From assembly GCA_043228905.1 (NCBI GenBank), contig JBHGNT010000013.1:6324001-6388000 (forward strand): a stretch of 64,000 bases of DNA, given 5' to 3'. Position 1 is the first letter of the stretch, and each line of letters opens with the position of its first letter. Source of the DNA: Azolla caroliniana. Taxonomy: Eukaryota > Plantae > Polypodiophyta. The translations under genes were made by a program, and so were the position numbers. A model generated the notes under the pieces. That model made no database searches, was not told where the DNA came from, and worked only from the letters and a program-made list of their open reading frames with translations. Of this stretch, positions 12,145 through 25,908 are shown piece by piece.

Positions 12145-14899
12145 CAATCTCATGCCATTTCTTTGCCTACAAATTAAATCTAAATACAAGTCATTGGTTC
12201 GTTTTTCCTAGACTTGGCAATTTTCCTCTTCACAAGTCATGTCGTTATGTTCTTCTATTTTTATTAGCATTATGATTTGGCTTCATTGAAAAGAACAAGA
12301 CAAGAGAATAATAAGAGATTGTAATTCGTGGTCTATTCAGAATGGCAAATGATAGGATGATGTAGTTGTAATTTGTGTGTGAATGTGTACTTCGGATAAC
12401 GTAATGATGAGTCGCCACCATAAATGTAGCTTCACATTGTTTATAAAAGTGGCAAAGATCTTGCCTAGATAAAAGGGTTTTCAACATTCAAATTTGGGAC
12501 TTGTTGTGAATGCAATCGAAGGCTTGCTTAACTATGACGATTATTCTTTTATACGAAATTGACACATTTGTCAAATATGCCACTTTAAGGGAAGTTCCTA
12601 ACATATGTGTGTTACACATTGATTATTAAGATAAATCACATGGATGAGAGTAAGTTCATGAGATGATTCTTGTAACCTCTCTTATGCTAAGGTTAATAAT
12701 GTATTCACATCGAGTTGTAAGCAAGGAAGTTCCAAAATAAAACGCAAGCATGCCCCCTACCCTATGCATACACACACATTGTGTTGAAACATCTATGTTT
12801 AAATTTTAATGGTAGAAGGAATGTTTTACAAAACACCATGATGTGACTATGGCCACTATGGGTATTCATTGTGATTGGCTTCAACGTTAAAAAATAACAA
12901 ACAACAATTGTCATGTATTTTGTGGCATAATATTTGTAACATACTACACTATTCAACCATAATTCGCAAAAAGAATCCATGTTCTAATGATCATGGTTTT
13001 CCATTCATAACTTGGATTTACACCTTCAAATGTTCTCCAAATCCTGAGTACATTTGTAAAGGGCAAGTATTGTTTCCAATTAGGCCTAGAACCATGGGGG
13101 TAAAAACCAATCAAGTATTAGCACCATCATGGATATATTATTTTCATCATGCATAATGCATTCTATACTCTTTTATGTCGTCGTCGGTCCCCTAAGACTT
13201 TGATTGTCCATGATCATCTTATGAATTTGGATCATCCACGTGGACTACTTTATTGCACCAAACTCAATCATCCAATCAACAAGTAAAGGATGGATGTTGA
13301 TATAGTAAATGAACAATAAATGTTTTGTTCATGCTAGAAAGGTGACTTCATCTAGATGCTAAAACTAGCAAATCTAGATAAGTCTTCTAACCCATTCTTG
13401 GATTGGGAACCCTAGCATTGATGTTATATCCTTAGGCATCTCGATGGTCATTAACATCACGTAAACACGCCCTTCATAAAAGGGTAGCCCAAGTAATTGT
13501 ATATTAAGATGCTCAACTTCATTTTCTTTTATTGGAATATCACCACTAATGTCGATGAACTCTAAGTATAGGATATGGTGTTGTCACAATGAATTGATGA
13601 TATTTTGGAAGTTCATCATTGGAGTTGAGATCAACGAAGAGAGTTAAGTGTCCATGTTTACATGCTAAATTTTGAGGCGACTTATTGGTTCATGCCTCGT
13701 TGCACCTCCAATTCATTGGCGACATCAATCAGGCTATGCGCTTGAGGTTTGTATACCCCCTTTATGCTTGAGGCATAATGTATTCTTCTTATTATCTACT
13801 ATACATTTAAAAATGGTTTGTTTTACAATATACATATATGCACATCCACTTTAGTTGGAATTAAAAATAAACGACCATTGTTAGAATGATTTATATGTAT
13901 ATGGCTATCTTGGTGAGTTGCAACTGCAAGGATATGTTCTTGGATGCAACAAAAGTGTGTGTTTATATATGTGTCTACCTGTTGGAATTAAAAATTTATC
14001 TCTCAAAAGCATGATGATTGGATCTAGTGCAATGTTTCAATAGAAATGCCAGATCTTTGGCACTAGCAAATAGTTGCGGCAAATATTTAGAATCAACTTA
14101 TTAATGATGTATTTCACCAGAGATGGAACAACTACCAAATGAATGGTGGAACTTCAACATTACTAAGCCAAATTCCAATATCTTTAATATAAACATAATT
14201 TCAATGATCTACAAAAAACATTTAAAAGAAAAATCCTTACAAAAATATGACATAGGTGATTAGGATTTAGATATGTCATGAATATAATGTGCACGTAATG
14301 ATATATGAACGTTGATATGTTTCTAGGTTAAGTGAGATAGTCATGAAGAAAGAATGCTTATTCATTATTTTGGAATGATGACTTACTTACCCTCATAGGA
14401 AATTGTCTTGTTAGGACGATTAATATTGTTGAATAGATTAAGTAAATTATACTAGACAAAATCATAAAAACAATTTAAAAGGTAAAGAGCGATAACCTAC
14501 TAAACGATACATACAAAGCATAATTTTAGTGATAAAATGTGGGTGACCAAATGTCGTTACAAATGTCAAGTTCATCATTTTGCGAAATGCTCCACCTAGT
14601 AAGATATACTTACATTGGGTAGTTGTGGTCGTAACCTAATGAAATCTTCTTTTTCATATTTCGTGATTGGCTAAGGAAGGTATATTGTTCACTCACATAC
14701 ATTTATTGTCCACCTTCTAGACACTTACATTTTCTTCATGTTCACGCATGAGTGCAAGCTTTTGAAAATTTTGGTACCTCTATAAACGAGACTTTTGTAG
14801 CACATTTATTGGTTCGTAAGGGTAATATAATTATCTTCATGATGATGATAGTACATCATATCCACCACCTTTCACACACACAAATATAGACAAAAACAC

Positions 14900-14938
<39 letters not shown>

Positions 14939-15047
14939 TCCTTTTGTTTCTTTTATTCTTACCCTTTTTCTTCATGTTTTAGTGAAAACAAACAACATCG
15001 CTCCCACAATCTTGTATGTTTCAACACCATGATTTGTTTGATCAGAA

Positions 15048-15204
15048 TATTACTAGAATGTGAAGAACCATTAACACATGAATAATTGTAATCAACACCA
15101 TCATTGTCATTGCCTCCATTTAGATTATTACTAGAATGTGAAGAACAACCATTAACACATGAATAATTGTGATGAACACCATCATTGTCATTGCCTCCAT
15201 TTAG
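15048..15204. repeat. Tandem direct duplication, period 78 bp
   Basis: tattactagaatgtgaagaac...cattgcctccatttag occurs twice; the second copy has a 3-nt insertion and 2 substitutions. Confidence 0.9.
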
Positions 15205-15385
15205 CTCGGGTATTGAATCATCACATTTGATTATGAAAAATTTGTACTCTTTTGGATCTGTTTCATGTGTGTGAGGGAGATTTTATTATCATCTTTGAAG
15301 GTCAAATCTGACCTATGAGACCAAAAATATTACGTTTCACGGAATATATGTGAAAGTGAGTAACGACTCTTGATGTTCAAGAACT

Positions 15386-16887
15386 TTACAAATGAATGTT
15401 GCAATCGGGACTGCACACTATGACTGTGAGAGAAATTTGTGCAAGGTTTTGGTTTGGTTGAAGATGTGTGGAAAGCATTGTTGAATGTGATAAAAGACAA
15501 AGCATTAATTCGGTCCCGTGGGAGGTAGGAGCCGACGCTTGTTGTGTCGTGCGCACACTGTTCTCCGACTGCGTAATGTGCTCCTGTGCTTTGTTTAACT
15601 GCTCTTGGGTTATTTTCACCGTTTTCCAAACGTTTTTGTTTTTAATCACCATATCTTTAACGTCCAGGGTGACTTTCGTTAACTCCCTATGGACCTCTAC
15701 TAAGGCCATGTTAAGTGGAGGTAGTTCGATTCCTACGCGGAGAACCCCGCGTTGTGCTTCCTTCCTACCCGTGCTAGGGGTCCTTCGTCTTCGCTTTTTG
15801 CCGTCTGGGTTAGTGCACGCTCAATCATCTGTCGTTTGGCGTGCTCTTTTGCCATTCGTTGGGTCACTTTTATCTGTTGTGTCACCAGAAACTCCATGAG
15901 TTCGTACGTTGTGCCAAATTGCAAGAGTGCGCCAAATTCATGGGACGTGTCCGGGATGTCAGGGTACGACAACACTTCGCTCTCCGCCGTCACTACACCT
16001 TTACCGTGTTGCGAGTGAGCGGTTATTATTGGCTGCTATTTGGATATGAGCTCTAATGTCGTAGTGGCCTCTATAGGGGCGGAATCTTCGACACCTGGGG
16101 CTATATCTTTTACATGTCTGCGACCATCCTTTCTATCCTACCTCCGATGCTTGGGTTTCGGACTTCCGCGTGTTGTCTCCTGCTTATCTCGGGGCATTGT
16201 TGGTTGTGCTTCGCCGGAGTGAGCACAGTTTGTTTGTGGGTCTTCTTGTGACGGGGAGGCTTCTGTTACGCGGCGATTTGCTTCTTCCTCCCATTCTGCC
16301 CGCGAGGTTAGCTAATCTTCGTTTGGCTGACTGTGGCGTAGACGTTTGGCGGTTTGTTTCCGGGGCGGGGAGGTCGTGGGGAGGGATAGTACTGTCAAGT
16401 ACTGTTGGATGATTGGGCGAAGCTTCTTTCCGAACTGAAACGTGTGCAGGCCCTCCCTCAATGCTAGTCCCGTAATGACTCCCCAATCGACAGGGCGTCC
16501 CTCGCATGTATCGATGACGATGTCGGCTTTCTGTTTTGGCATCCCTTAGGCGTTGGTGTGTACGCAGCCTACTTCCAGCAAGAACTTCGCCACTTCCCGA
16601 AAAAATGGGTTCTTGATATCCCGTGTTCTGTAGGCCTTCGCAGAGGTTGAATATTCTCTGAAATACTATTCGAACAGCTCTGGAGGAGGAAATTTGAACT
16701 TCCATTCGCTAATCTCGGATAAACCCATCTTCTTCTTGATGTTGGAGTTTGTTATTGTGTCGACATTAAGTTTCTTGGCAACTTCGTGGGCATCTGGGTG
16801 TGGTGGAGCTTCTGCTACCCAGATGTAGCCTTCAAAGCCCTTCTCCTGTAGCCATCGCCGTAGAGCCATGGAGATAGAGATTGGCAT
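15386..16887 (-). pseudogene. Additional sense ORF downstream of pol in element H (env-like / 3' extra ORF), broken by stops and frameshifts
   Basis: Collinear pieces MPISISMALRRWLQEKGFEGYIW..., GRPVDWGVITGLALREGL..., and a coiled-coil-like tail EQLNKAQEHITQSENS, separated from the integrase end by ~450 bp of non-coding DNA. Confidence 0.6.
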
Positions 16888-17339
16888 GTTGTCTTGATAA
16901 GATGTGTGGGAAGAACGACTAGGGGGTAAGGATCGCAAGGTGATACATTCGTGGTGCCTCAAGTAAGCTGGGGAGTGAGGGGAACGAGGAGAGCGAGAAG
17001 AGCAGAAGGCTTGAGGTTGTTTTCTGTGATATGCAGAAAACTGTCTGTTGTCTTCTTTTGGTGAGTTAGGGTTCCTAGGTCTGTGAATCATTATGCAGAC
17101 ACGTGTTCTCCTTTTCTTGGAAAGTGTCTATGCATGCAGTCCCTTTAATAGTCGTGATTGTCCTCTCTTCTTCTTCTTCTTCTTCTTCATTTTTTTCATT
17201 TCATACCTAACGGTTAAGGCTAGTTATTAGTACATTAATGTTACATATTTACCAATGGGTCCCATGTACTGATCATTGCATAAACAAATGGCTGGATTAT
17301 ATTTCTCGGGGTGAAACAGATTTGGCGGCATGGGTACCA

Positions 17340-18335
17340 AATAGGGCTTTAAGTGAAACCCATTGACTTTTTGAAGCACAACTTCGATGGCGAGGGTGCC
17401 TAATTCGAATGTCCCGTTCTCTGTTCCAATTAACTAGTACGGCCGTGTCCATCGGAACCGTAGTTTTCCCGGCATTTGTCCCGTGTGTGTTTGGAAAACG
17501 AGGACCGTTTTCCCAATTCTAAAGTGTTTCTCATTGGTGCCGTGGTGTCGGTTCACGAATGCCTTCCGCTGTCATTGCTCGTGCTTGAGGATCACCATGT
17601 TGTGGACCCTAGCTTCGCCTAATTCAAGTAATTGCTGTAACCAAATTTGTTTGGACTGTCCCTCCGACATCCGTTCACGGACCTGTATGCGTAAGCTTGG
17701 TATCTGGAACTCAATAGGCATTACGGCTTCCAGCCCGAACGCTAGCCGGAATGGTGTCGATTGAACACTGGTTTTGTAACTCATGCAGTAAGCCCATAAG
17801 GCGCTATGCAGCTTCGTGTCCCAATCCGTGCGGTTACCATTGACGATCTTTTTTAGGATATTCTGAAGTGTCTTGTTCGTTGACTCTGCTATACCATTCG
17901 CTTGAGGATAATACGACGTACTCTTCTTATGAACCACAACGTAATGTTTCGTGAGATTGTGAATGACCCCATTCAAGAAATGGTTGCCCTAGTCGCTGAT
18001 GAGCTCAATCGGACAGCCAAAACGGCACCAAATCTGTTCGTACAAAAAATTTGTCGTAGACGCCGCGGTGTTATCCCGTAACGCTTTTGCCTCCACCCAT
18101 TTCGTACAATATTCTGTGGCTACTAGAACATATTTGTTTCCCGTACGGGCCCCTGCTGGAGTAAAAGGTCCAACGAAATCAAGGCCCCATTTCTTGAAGG
18201 GTTCAAGCTGCAACACTAGATGGTGGGGCGTCCGTGCTAGCTCTATTGGTTGGCCCATTCTTTGGCAGGGGGTCACACTCTTTGCAGTATGTGTACGCAT
18301 CATTTTGACTCATTGGCCACCACAACCCTACTTAC
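17340..18335 (-). pseudogene. Gypsy integrase remnant (element H)
   Basis: ORFs 17989-18303 and 17572-17976 carry rve core motifs. Confidence 0.85.
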
Positions 18336-21198
18336 CATACTTTCCAGTAATTGACACATACCCGAATTTTGCCATTTTTCTTTGGTACCACCACTATTGG
18401 GCTAAGCCATGTAGCTAGTTTAATTGGCCGAATGAACCTAGCTTTTAAGAGCTTGTCAATTTCCTCTTTTACGCGTGTTGTGTAGTTTGGGTTCATGAAA
18501 TAACGTCTTTGTTCAAGTTAATTTTGTGGCTGGTAGAATTTGGGGTCGAGCCCTTTTATGTCTTCGTGCAACCATGTGAAGATATCCTTAAATTCTCGTA
18601 GCAGCTCAATCATGGCCCTTTTTTCACTTGGCATCAGGTATTTTGTGATCGAGAGTAGCCTTGGTGCTTCGGCAGACCCTACATTGATATCCTCCAAGGC
18701 CGACGATGTGACTCTTTGCGAGATTTCCATCTCTCTTTTGAATGCCTCCAGTGCTCTGTTTCGCTCCAACACGGATTCAGGATCTAGTTCATACTCGTCC
18801 TCGTTCAATGCACTCATTGGGACGTACTCACTAGCGGCCTCGAGGATGTCATTTCAAACAACGGTATTATCCGTGGATTTTTGTCTAGGTACGCTTCGAG
18901 CTCCGTATCCTCCAACCCTTCTAGCATATTAATCTCTTTCACGTAAAGCGACGTTATTGCTTTCGTGGGTGCGGATGTCTCTTGCGTTGGTACCCAGACC
19001 TTGTTTCGCCCTCGACGAAAACTAATGTAGTTGTGTTGCCAGTTCTGCTTGATATTAGCAGATCGTAGCCATGGTCTACCTAACAAGATCGGATATGCCC
19101 ATGGGGCGTGTAAATCCAACACCACTGCGGAAATCTCAAAGTTGTGTCCGCCAACTATAATTCCTAACTTCTGAATCAATCATCGTGGTATGACGGAACG
19201 AGCGTCTGCCATTCAGAGCTAGAATGGGCATGCCTCCCGGTCTGTTACGCCGAGGCGGTTACATGTGGATTTACTGATCACATTTACTCTGGAACCGCCG
19301 TCGACAATGCATCTCGTTATTTCTTGTCCTTGCAGTACCACTTTGATGGCTGGGTTGTGGTGATCCACCACCATTGGACCTGAGCTAGACTCTGTGTAAT
19401 TAGCCGAAATCTCTAGTCCCTCGGTGCCCTGTATTTGATTTTCCACGTTCTACCAAAACCACGAAACAAGCCGTAATAGTTTGTCCACGGTCAACATAAT
19501 TTTGTAGTCTGCCAGTGCTTGCTATATCCGATCTGGCCTTAATGTTGTGCCTTCCATTTGCGCGGTGATGTTTGCGGACTCTTGCCGCATGTGTTTGCTT
19601 TCTCCACCCAAGCCTGTGCTATTTTGCGTATTTCATCTTGTTCCGCCCACTTCGTGTTTTTCACCTTACTGCAGTTTGTGACCTACTGGACGTCCCTTTA
19701 TCGCGTCTTGGGCATTGAGTTGCATAATGACCTGGTTGATAGCAAATAATAGTGCACATTGGACTCACCTTTTTCCACGACCGAGGTTGTGGTGGTCTCC
19801 ATAAGTGCTGTCTGTTCTTCCCTGGTTCGCTGAAACCACCTGTTGTTGCGAGGCTTCTGGCGATACTCCCGACGGTTATCCTCGCGCAGTTCATCCTCCA
19901 AGCTTTCCTCGTTATTGCGGTGGTTCCGTGATTGGCGATGCCCTCCATACATCCGCAACCCTGCCTATCCGCCATGATTGTTGGTGGGATGCCAGTTATC
20001 ATAGCGTGCAACATACATTCGCAACCCTCTTCCCCTGCTCCGATACTCCTCTTCTTCCTGCTCCTCTTCGTCAGAATAAGGGTCATTATTGCGACGATGA
20101 CGGTATGGCCTTTCAACACGCTGACTTCACTCCGTGTGACGGTATCACTCCTGTTGGCCTTGGTCGTTGTGGGGGGCCAACCTCTGACGCTCCATACGAC
20201 GAACTGTGGATGTGGGCTTGTTCAGCATGTTATATTCGCACTAGTCCATCGTACGCGCTCACGAATGACAGATGGGGCAGTGTATCCACATATTATACTC
20301 TACCGCGGAGTACCCTCAATTCAAGCAAATCGTGCATTGAATGGATTGGCAAAAACGGTAGTCCTTGTCCCTGGGTAGTGCGTGTCTTAGCGATGCCATA
20401 GACATTCCATCATCCTCCTCTTCTAGCTCAAGTTGTAAGGCCCGTTCTATGACTGTGTCCATCATTTGGCCCGTGAGATTTTGAGTATTTAACGTTCTAC
20501 GGAGGGGTCGATTAATGCTGCCAAAAATGTTTCTTTGGCCTCATCCTCCGTCGGAGCGCGTGTCAGCTGTCAACATAAACTCTAGAATTGCAAGCTGAAG
20601 TCAGCCATGGACTCTTGTGGTAGTTGTTTGATCGTATAAAATTGATCGATGATCTCACGTTGGGGAATACTTCGATGAAAGAATCATAAGGACGAGGATT
20701 GGAGTTGGTCGAAGGCTACGAACGTCGTGATGTCAAGATGGGAATGCCAACAGGCAGCTCACCCATCTAGGGTTAGTCTGAACTCGGTGATTTTTGATCG
20801 TGGGCTTCCGCTTCCGGAAGCCGTTGCGACATATGATTCGTGTTCCACACGTTCTGGAATGATCGAACGTGTCCCTGGGCGTCAGTGTCTCCGCTGAAAC
20901 GAGAGTATGAGAAAGCCATTCCTGTCGATAAACTAGCATCAGAGGGGGTACTACCAGCTTGATGTGGGGTTGTCTGAGAAGTGGCAGTTTCACTATATTG
21001 GTCCGGTGGAGATAAGACCTCTTGCCCAACGATGATGTGTGCGGTAAGCATCGATTCGAGCGTATACTCTGAGAGAGACGGAATGCAGTCGCTGATGCGT
21101 GGTCTTCGAGTAGCGCATTCTTCTGTCTTCGGGGTGAAGGACCTGGTCTGTGGTCGATCTTGTCGAGTCGGTTCTTGGTTGCGTCCGCGGCTAGACAT
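18336..21198 (-). pseudogene. Gypsy gag-protease-partial RT remnant (element H)
   Basis: Fragmented ORFs 20773-21198, 19219-19446, 18814-19179 and 18518-18817. Confidence 0.8.
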
Positions 21199-21234
21199 CC
21201 ATTCCCTGATGCTCGGCTATGAGGATTCACAGAT

Positions 21235-21248
21235 CACCAGGCGTGCCA
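21235..21248 (-). promoter_or_regulatory. Primer binding site of element H, tRNA-Arg type (TGGCACGCCTGGTG)
   Basis: Lies 4 nt inside the LTR end (..CGTAACA at 21253) and is complementary to a plant tRNA-Arg 3' end as recalled. Confidence 0.7.
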
Positions 21249-21252
21249 AAAG

Positions 21253-22066
21253 TGTTACGAATTAAGAACACAGCCTACCCTCAGTCCATCGGGGTAGGGT
21301 TTAAGGAGATGGTGGTTCAGAGAATGGATTCGCTTAATATGTGCAAGCACAACGTCTTAATTGTAGAGCGTCACTAAATGTCCATGAAGGTAAGGCATAC
21401 ACTAGAGCTAGCTACAACCGAGCTCCTGCCTACCGTGCGTCCACAACATGGGCGTGTTACCCAATACCTTCAAGAAGAGGTGAATTAGCTTCTATTTCGA
21501 AGCCTCTGATATGTAGGAGGATTGAAAATCCTTTCTGATGTTGACACCTGTTGGACCTTCGGAAATTTATCAATTGGTTTGGTCGGTTTGGAGCTATCAG
21601 AGCTGGATCCACCAACATTCTTATGAATGCAATAAGAATAATATTCTTACGAATGCGAGAGTTACTGCGCTCATTACCAATATTACTCAGTATCAGGCAA
21701 AACAAAAACCTGGGATTAGCTTCTAGTCTGTGATACGAACGATGAATATTTTGAATCCATATTGTGCAGGGAGACACCTCTCTCGCTATTCCAAACCCAA
21801 TCAGCGTACACTGTCTCTCGAGATGAAACTTCCATGTACATTTCTGAGATATGATCGATTGTATAGCAACTTTCCTTAAGACGGTTACACGTATGAACCA
21901 ATACATAGACAGAGACAAAGAAGACTAAACACAGAGATCAGAGAGGACAGTACCACTATATTAGATGACTTACGCTCAAAACTGCACTAGCTATTACAAT
22001 GTTTCTATGCCCTTTATATACGCAAGGCATAGTCGGTTACGCTTCCTGCGTGAACCATTACATGCG
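21253..22066 (-). repeat. Partial 5' LTR of element H
   Basis: Begins with TGTTACG next to the PBS; cut by the Copia LTR that starts at 22067. Confidence 0.65.
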
Positions 22067-24065
22067 TGTTGAGCGAGCAAGCTCAACCGAATCCGGATCC
22101 GGATTGGCTGAATAAGCCAGAGCCGGATCAACATCCAGAAGGATGAGCCGGATCGGTATCCAGAAACAACCGGTCGGATCGGTGAGATGGATCGGAGAGC
22201 TGGATTCGAGCGGGAACCGGAAGCCTAGTAGTAGCCTAGACTACTAGGTAATCATTGTCTCGTAGTTAGTGTCAGTCGCTCATATGAACATTGAAGTACA
22301 TAGTACTTCTGTTAGTCCTTTTGAGGACTTGTATAAATAGTGCTGTTTAGCACGTTGTATGCACAGAGTTTTAGAGTGTTATTTTGAATTGAGTTTATGT
22401 TCTGCTCTCTCTGTCTCTCCCATGCGCGTATACTCTCTGTGTAATAAGCTTCTCCATTATACCTTCATCTTATTCTCTGTTGCTCTCCGGCTGAGCCGGT
22501 TCTATCTAATGCTTCCACACCTTAACATTAACATGGTATCAGAGCGCGAGGGTTGAGAACCTCTACAACCAACACTTGCTTCGTGGACGAATCCTAGAAC
22601 CCGGTAACAATAGACAGAGAGAAGTTATGGATAGAGGAATGGCGAGTTCATTTCCAACTACCCGTCTTGGTCATACAAGATGCACCAGTACCTACTGGGG
22701 CATAGATATTGGAGCTTCATGGAAGGAACGAACGAGGTAGCGCCGGAGCCAACACACGAGGACTTCTCGGTATGGGAGCAAGGAGCGAGCCGAGTATTGT
22801 ACTGTCTCGCGTCTTGTTTGCATGACCAGATGCTCGGCTACATAAAGGATGCAAAAACACCGAAGGAGGCCTAGGGAAATCCGAGGAAGATTTTCGCCGC
22901 GAGTACCACAGCCCGTAAGTTGAAGCTTCGACAAGAGCTTAACAACATCCGGCAAAGAGACATGTCGGTTACGGATTACACCACCAAAATAAAGGAGATT
23001 TGTGACACACTCGGGTCCATCAATGTGACGATGTACGAAGATGAGATGGTCCAAATCTGCCTCGGTGGTCTAGTAGAACGGTACGGGCCAATCCGGACGG
23101 CGATCTACACTCGGGAGAAGCCACCGTACTTCTTCGACTTACAATCAATGTTGATGGTCGAAGAAAACCACGTAAGCGGGTCGAGAACCACTCAATCGGA
23201 CATCTAGATGCTGTACACTAGGTCGGATCGGCCCCGTGGGCGTGGAGGATGAGTTGGGTTGGCACGCAATGGAGGCGGCCAGCAAGAGCAGGACAAAAGG
23301 CATAGAGATAGTGCCGATAGTAGTTCCGAACCCTCAACAATCAGGGGGAGTCAAAGCGGTGCCGAGAACCGGCAAGGAAAGGCCAACACAAAATGTTGGT
23401 ATTGTGGCAAGAAAGGCCATAGGGAAAATGAGTGCTGGAAGAAGCGTGTTGATTCGGACAAATCCAAATCTGGTAAAAGGGGTCGGGAAAACAGGCAAAG
23501 CTCGCACTACGCAGAAGGATCGGAAGGATCCAGAACCGGGAAGACCGGTAAAGGGCCAACCTTCATGATGAAGCACAAGGCTAACTCGATGAAGAAGACT
23601 ACTTCCAAATCGAAGGAAGTATGTTACGTTGATTCTGGAACGTCCAACCACATGACGAGCCATGAAGAGTGGTTCTCTTTTTTGGAGAAACCGGAACAAC
23701 CGAGGATTGTTGAAACTGGAGAGGACACCCCTCACCCGATTGTGCATGTTGGAGAAGTCCCTTTAAGCCATGTCGAACAAAAGGGGAAGCTGATGAATGT
23801 ATTACACATTCCGACAATCACAAAGAACCTGATATCGGTCGGACAAATTGTCGACCAGGGAATGCAGGTGCGGTTTACACACCTCGGGTGCTTCATCGAG
23901 GAAGAAGGCCGGATAATTGCGCAAGGGTGCAGTCAAGGGAGGATGTTCATCCTCAACACTAATGACGTCGGCACCGCCATGTTTGCCAAGGGATAGAAGG
24001 TTGAATCGGACATCGATCTCTGGCATAAGTGGATCGGCCATGTCAACTACCGGAGGCTTCAAGAC
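22067..24065 (+). mobile_element. Copia element I, 5' half (LTR 22067-22533, PBS-Met 22534-22545, gag, protease, GAG-pre-integrase), broken at the left inversion junction
   Basis: TGTTGAGCG..TTAACA LTR similar to the LTRs of B; TGGTATCAGAGC; CWYCGKKGHRENEC; YVDSGTSNHM; ends abruptly at HVNYRRLQD. Confidence 0.9.
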
Positions 24066-25908
24066 CTTTCCTACCCGATTTTCTTCCACCAGAACCTCGT
24101 AGTTCGGGCAAGCGGCTTTTATGAAGCCCGTTTTCTCTTCGACCGGATCGTCCCAACCGGTGACCTCCTTGGACCCGCTGTTCCGCGCGGTCCGCCTCTT
24201 CCTTCTTCAGCCGAACTCCAGAGAGGCCTTCTAGCACTAGCGGCAAGAATCCAGAGTCCTTCGCCTTTCGGGTCTCATCACCCCCTACCCGAATTCCCAC
24301 CGACACTGAGTAGTTAACGGCTTCAACGTGACGTGCCGCGGCCTCTTCCATCAACCTCTACATTTCACTGCGCCCCGTATTTAGTTCTAGGGCTCTCCGG
24401 GTCTCACTCGCGTGCACCCGCCCGTTCCAGAGGTACACCACGTTGGTCCTGAGCGCGTCGGCGAAATCCGCGCAATCCTTCCGAATGTGACCGATCGCGT
24501 CACACCACATGCATCGTTGCCCAGCCGGCGGCCTCCGGTCGCGAGGTTGTTCGCCGCTGTCTCTCCGGGCTTGTGCGATCTGCAGGTCGCGCACCATCTG
24601 TGTCAGCTCCTCCAGAGCCGCTCCTCCGGATGGGCCTCTGACCACGTCATTCGATGCCGACCCCGACTCTAGCTAGATTCAGGTCTCTTCCTTCCTACCG
24701 GCTGGCACCGATACCGGCTGCTTGAGCCTCCTCCCTGGGACCGGCCCTGACCCCGATGAGCTTCCGTCGCTCCAATCGCGCTGTTTGTCAAAACGGCTAC
24801 AGACCCGTTTTACCACGACCCAGTTTGCCGTGAGCCCTTCGTCCATTTCCAATCGGGGACCCAACTTTTCCCTATCAAGCGCGTCCACCGACTTGACAAA
24901 CAGTAGTACTCGACTCGTTTCGAGCACTGTCCGGTCCAGCGTCGACAGCCGCACGAACCGTTTTTCGAACTCCTGGAGGAGCACCGACGTGTTCCTCCCT
25001 TTTCCGGGGCTTTCCACCCACGCCATGAAGTCCCGCCTAGTCAGCCGAAGCGAGTCGTCAAACACGTACTTCTCGAGGAGCCGCAACTCGAACTCCTCCC
25101 AAGTCCGGCATCCGGCCAGCACCTCGAGCACCTCCGCGTGGATGCTCGGCGTCACCACCCAAGGGAATCCGGAGAGCCTCCTGTCCACCGGGATATCCCT
25201 CATGATCATTTCGGCCCGGTAAGCCTCCAAATAACTTGTGGCGTCTTTCCCTCCGAACCGGCCTATAGTGCCGACGATCGATTCGATGGCTCTGTCGAGG
25301 GTACCCGTCCCCTCGCGAGCGCTTACCAGCCAGTCGACGGCTACCGCCATTGCCTCTGCTAGCTCCGATCCCCTCATCTTTCGACTCCTTTGCCGCTCGT
25401 TTCACGTCGGGTTCACCAAAGAGGGCGGGACCACAGGGGGTCTTGGACTAGGGAGTAGAGGAGAAAGAATAAGATATGAGAAATGGAAGCTTAACACCAA
25501 ATCAGAAGATGAAGAGTAGCACATAAGCATAGAACAAAATAGATGGAAGCAAGATCCACAACAAGATATATTAAAAACAAGTGAATGATTACAACAATGG
25601 TGGCCGCCATGGCCGCACCAAACGACTATGAGAAAAACCCTAAAAGAAAACCGTAACCGAAACCCTAAAACCGAATAGGAAACCCTCGCCCTAAGTGGTA
25701 TGCCTCTCTCCCTCAAAATAGGCAACCCTTCATAATTGACCCCTCCCTTCCTTTTATATCCCAAGGAGGGAGGGACCTTACAATGTGGGATAAAATTTCC
25801 CCTCTTATTTCTATACACCATTTCCTAGTATACGTGTGCACATGTTGCACACCACCAACTTGCCCTTTCTACCACGGTTTCCGCCTATGGACGAAAATCT
25901 TCATGACA
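24066..25908 (-). mobile_element. Gypsy element G, 5' part (LTR ~25420-25908, PBS, gag); continues at 59949 on +
   Basis: gag FGGKDATSYLEAY (ATG 25377), zinc knuckle CMWCDAIGHIRKDC; the LTR starts TGTCATG at 25908, exactly where the Copia F gag is cut. Confidence 0.85.
25401..25418 (-). promoter_or_regulatory. Primer binding site of element G, tRNA-Trp type (TGGTGAACCCGACGTGAA)
   Basis: The + strand reads TTCACGTCGGGTTCACCA, matching the 3' end of plant cytosolic tRNA-Trp as recalled. Confidence 0.75.

Larger units (their letters stand above)
15330..22066 (-). mobile_element. Gypsy element H (non-chromovirus, Athila/Tat-like), degenerate; 3' LTR missing, 5' LTR interrupted at 22067
   Basis: gag FSGDTDAQGHV (~20880), zinc knuckle CIICYQPGHYATQC, protease IVDGGSRVNVI, RT start WLSPIVVVPKKNGKIRVC, integrase WGLDFVGP/ELISD/YYPQANGIAE and a GPY/F tail KVNGFHLKPY. 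The left boundary is approximate. Confidence 0.85.

Noticed and set aside
12250-13750. Possible very old TE (RT-like) remnants
   Set aside because: Only faint motif echoes and no alignable ORF, so it cannot be supported.
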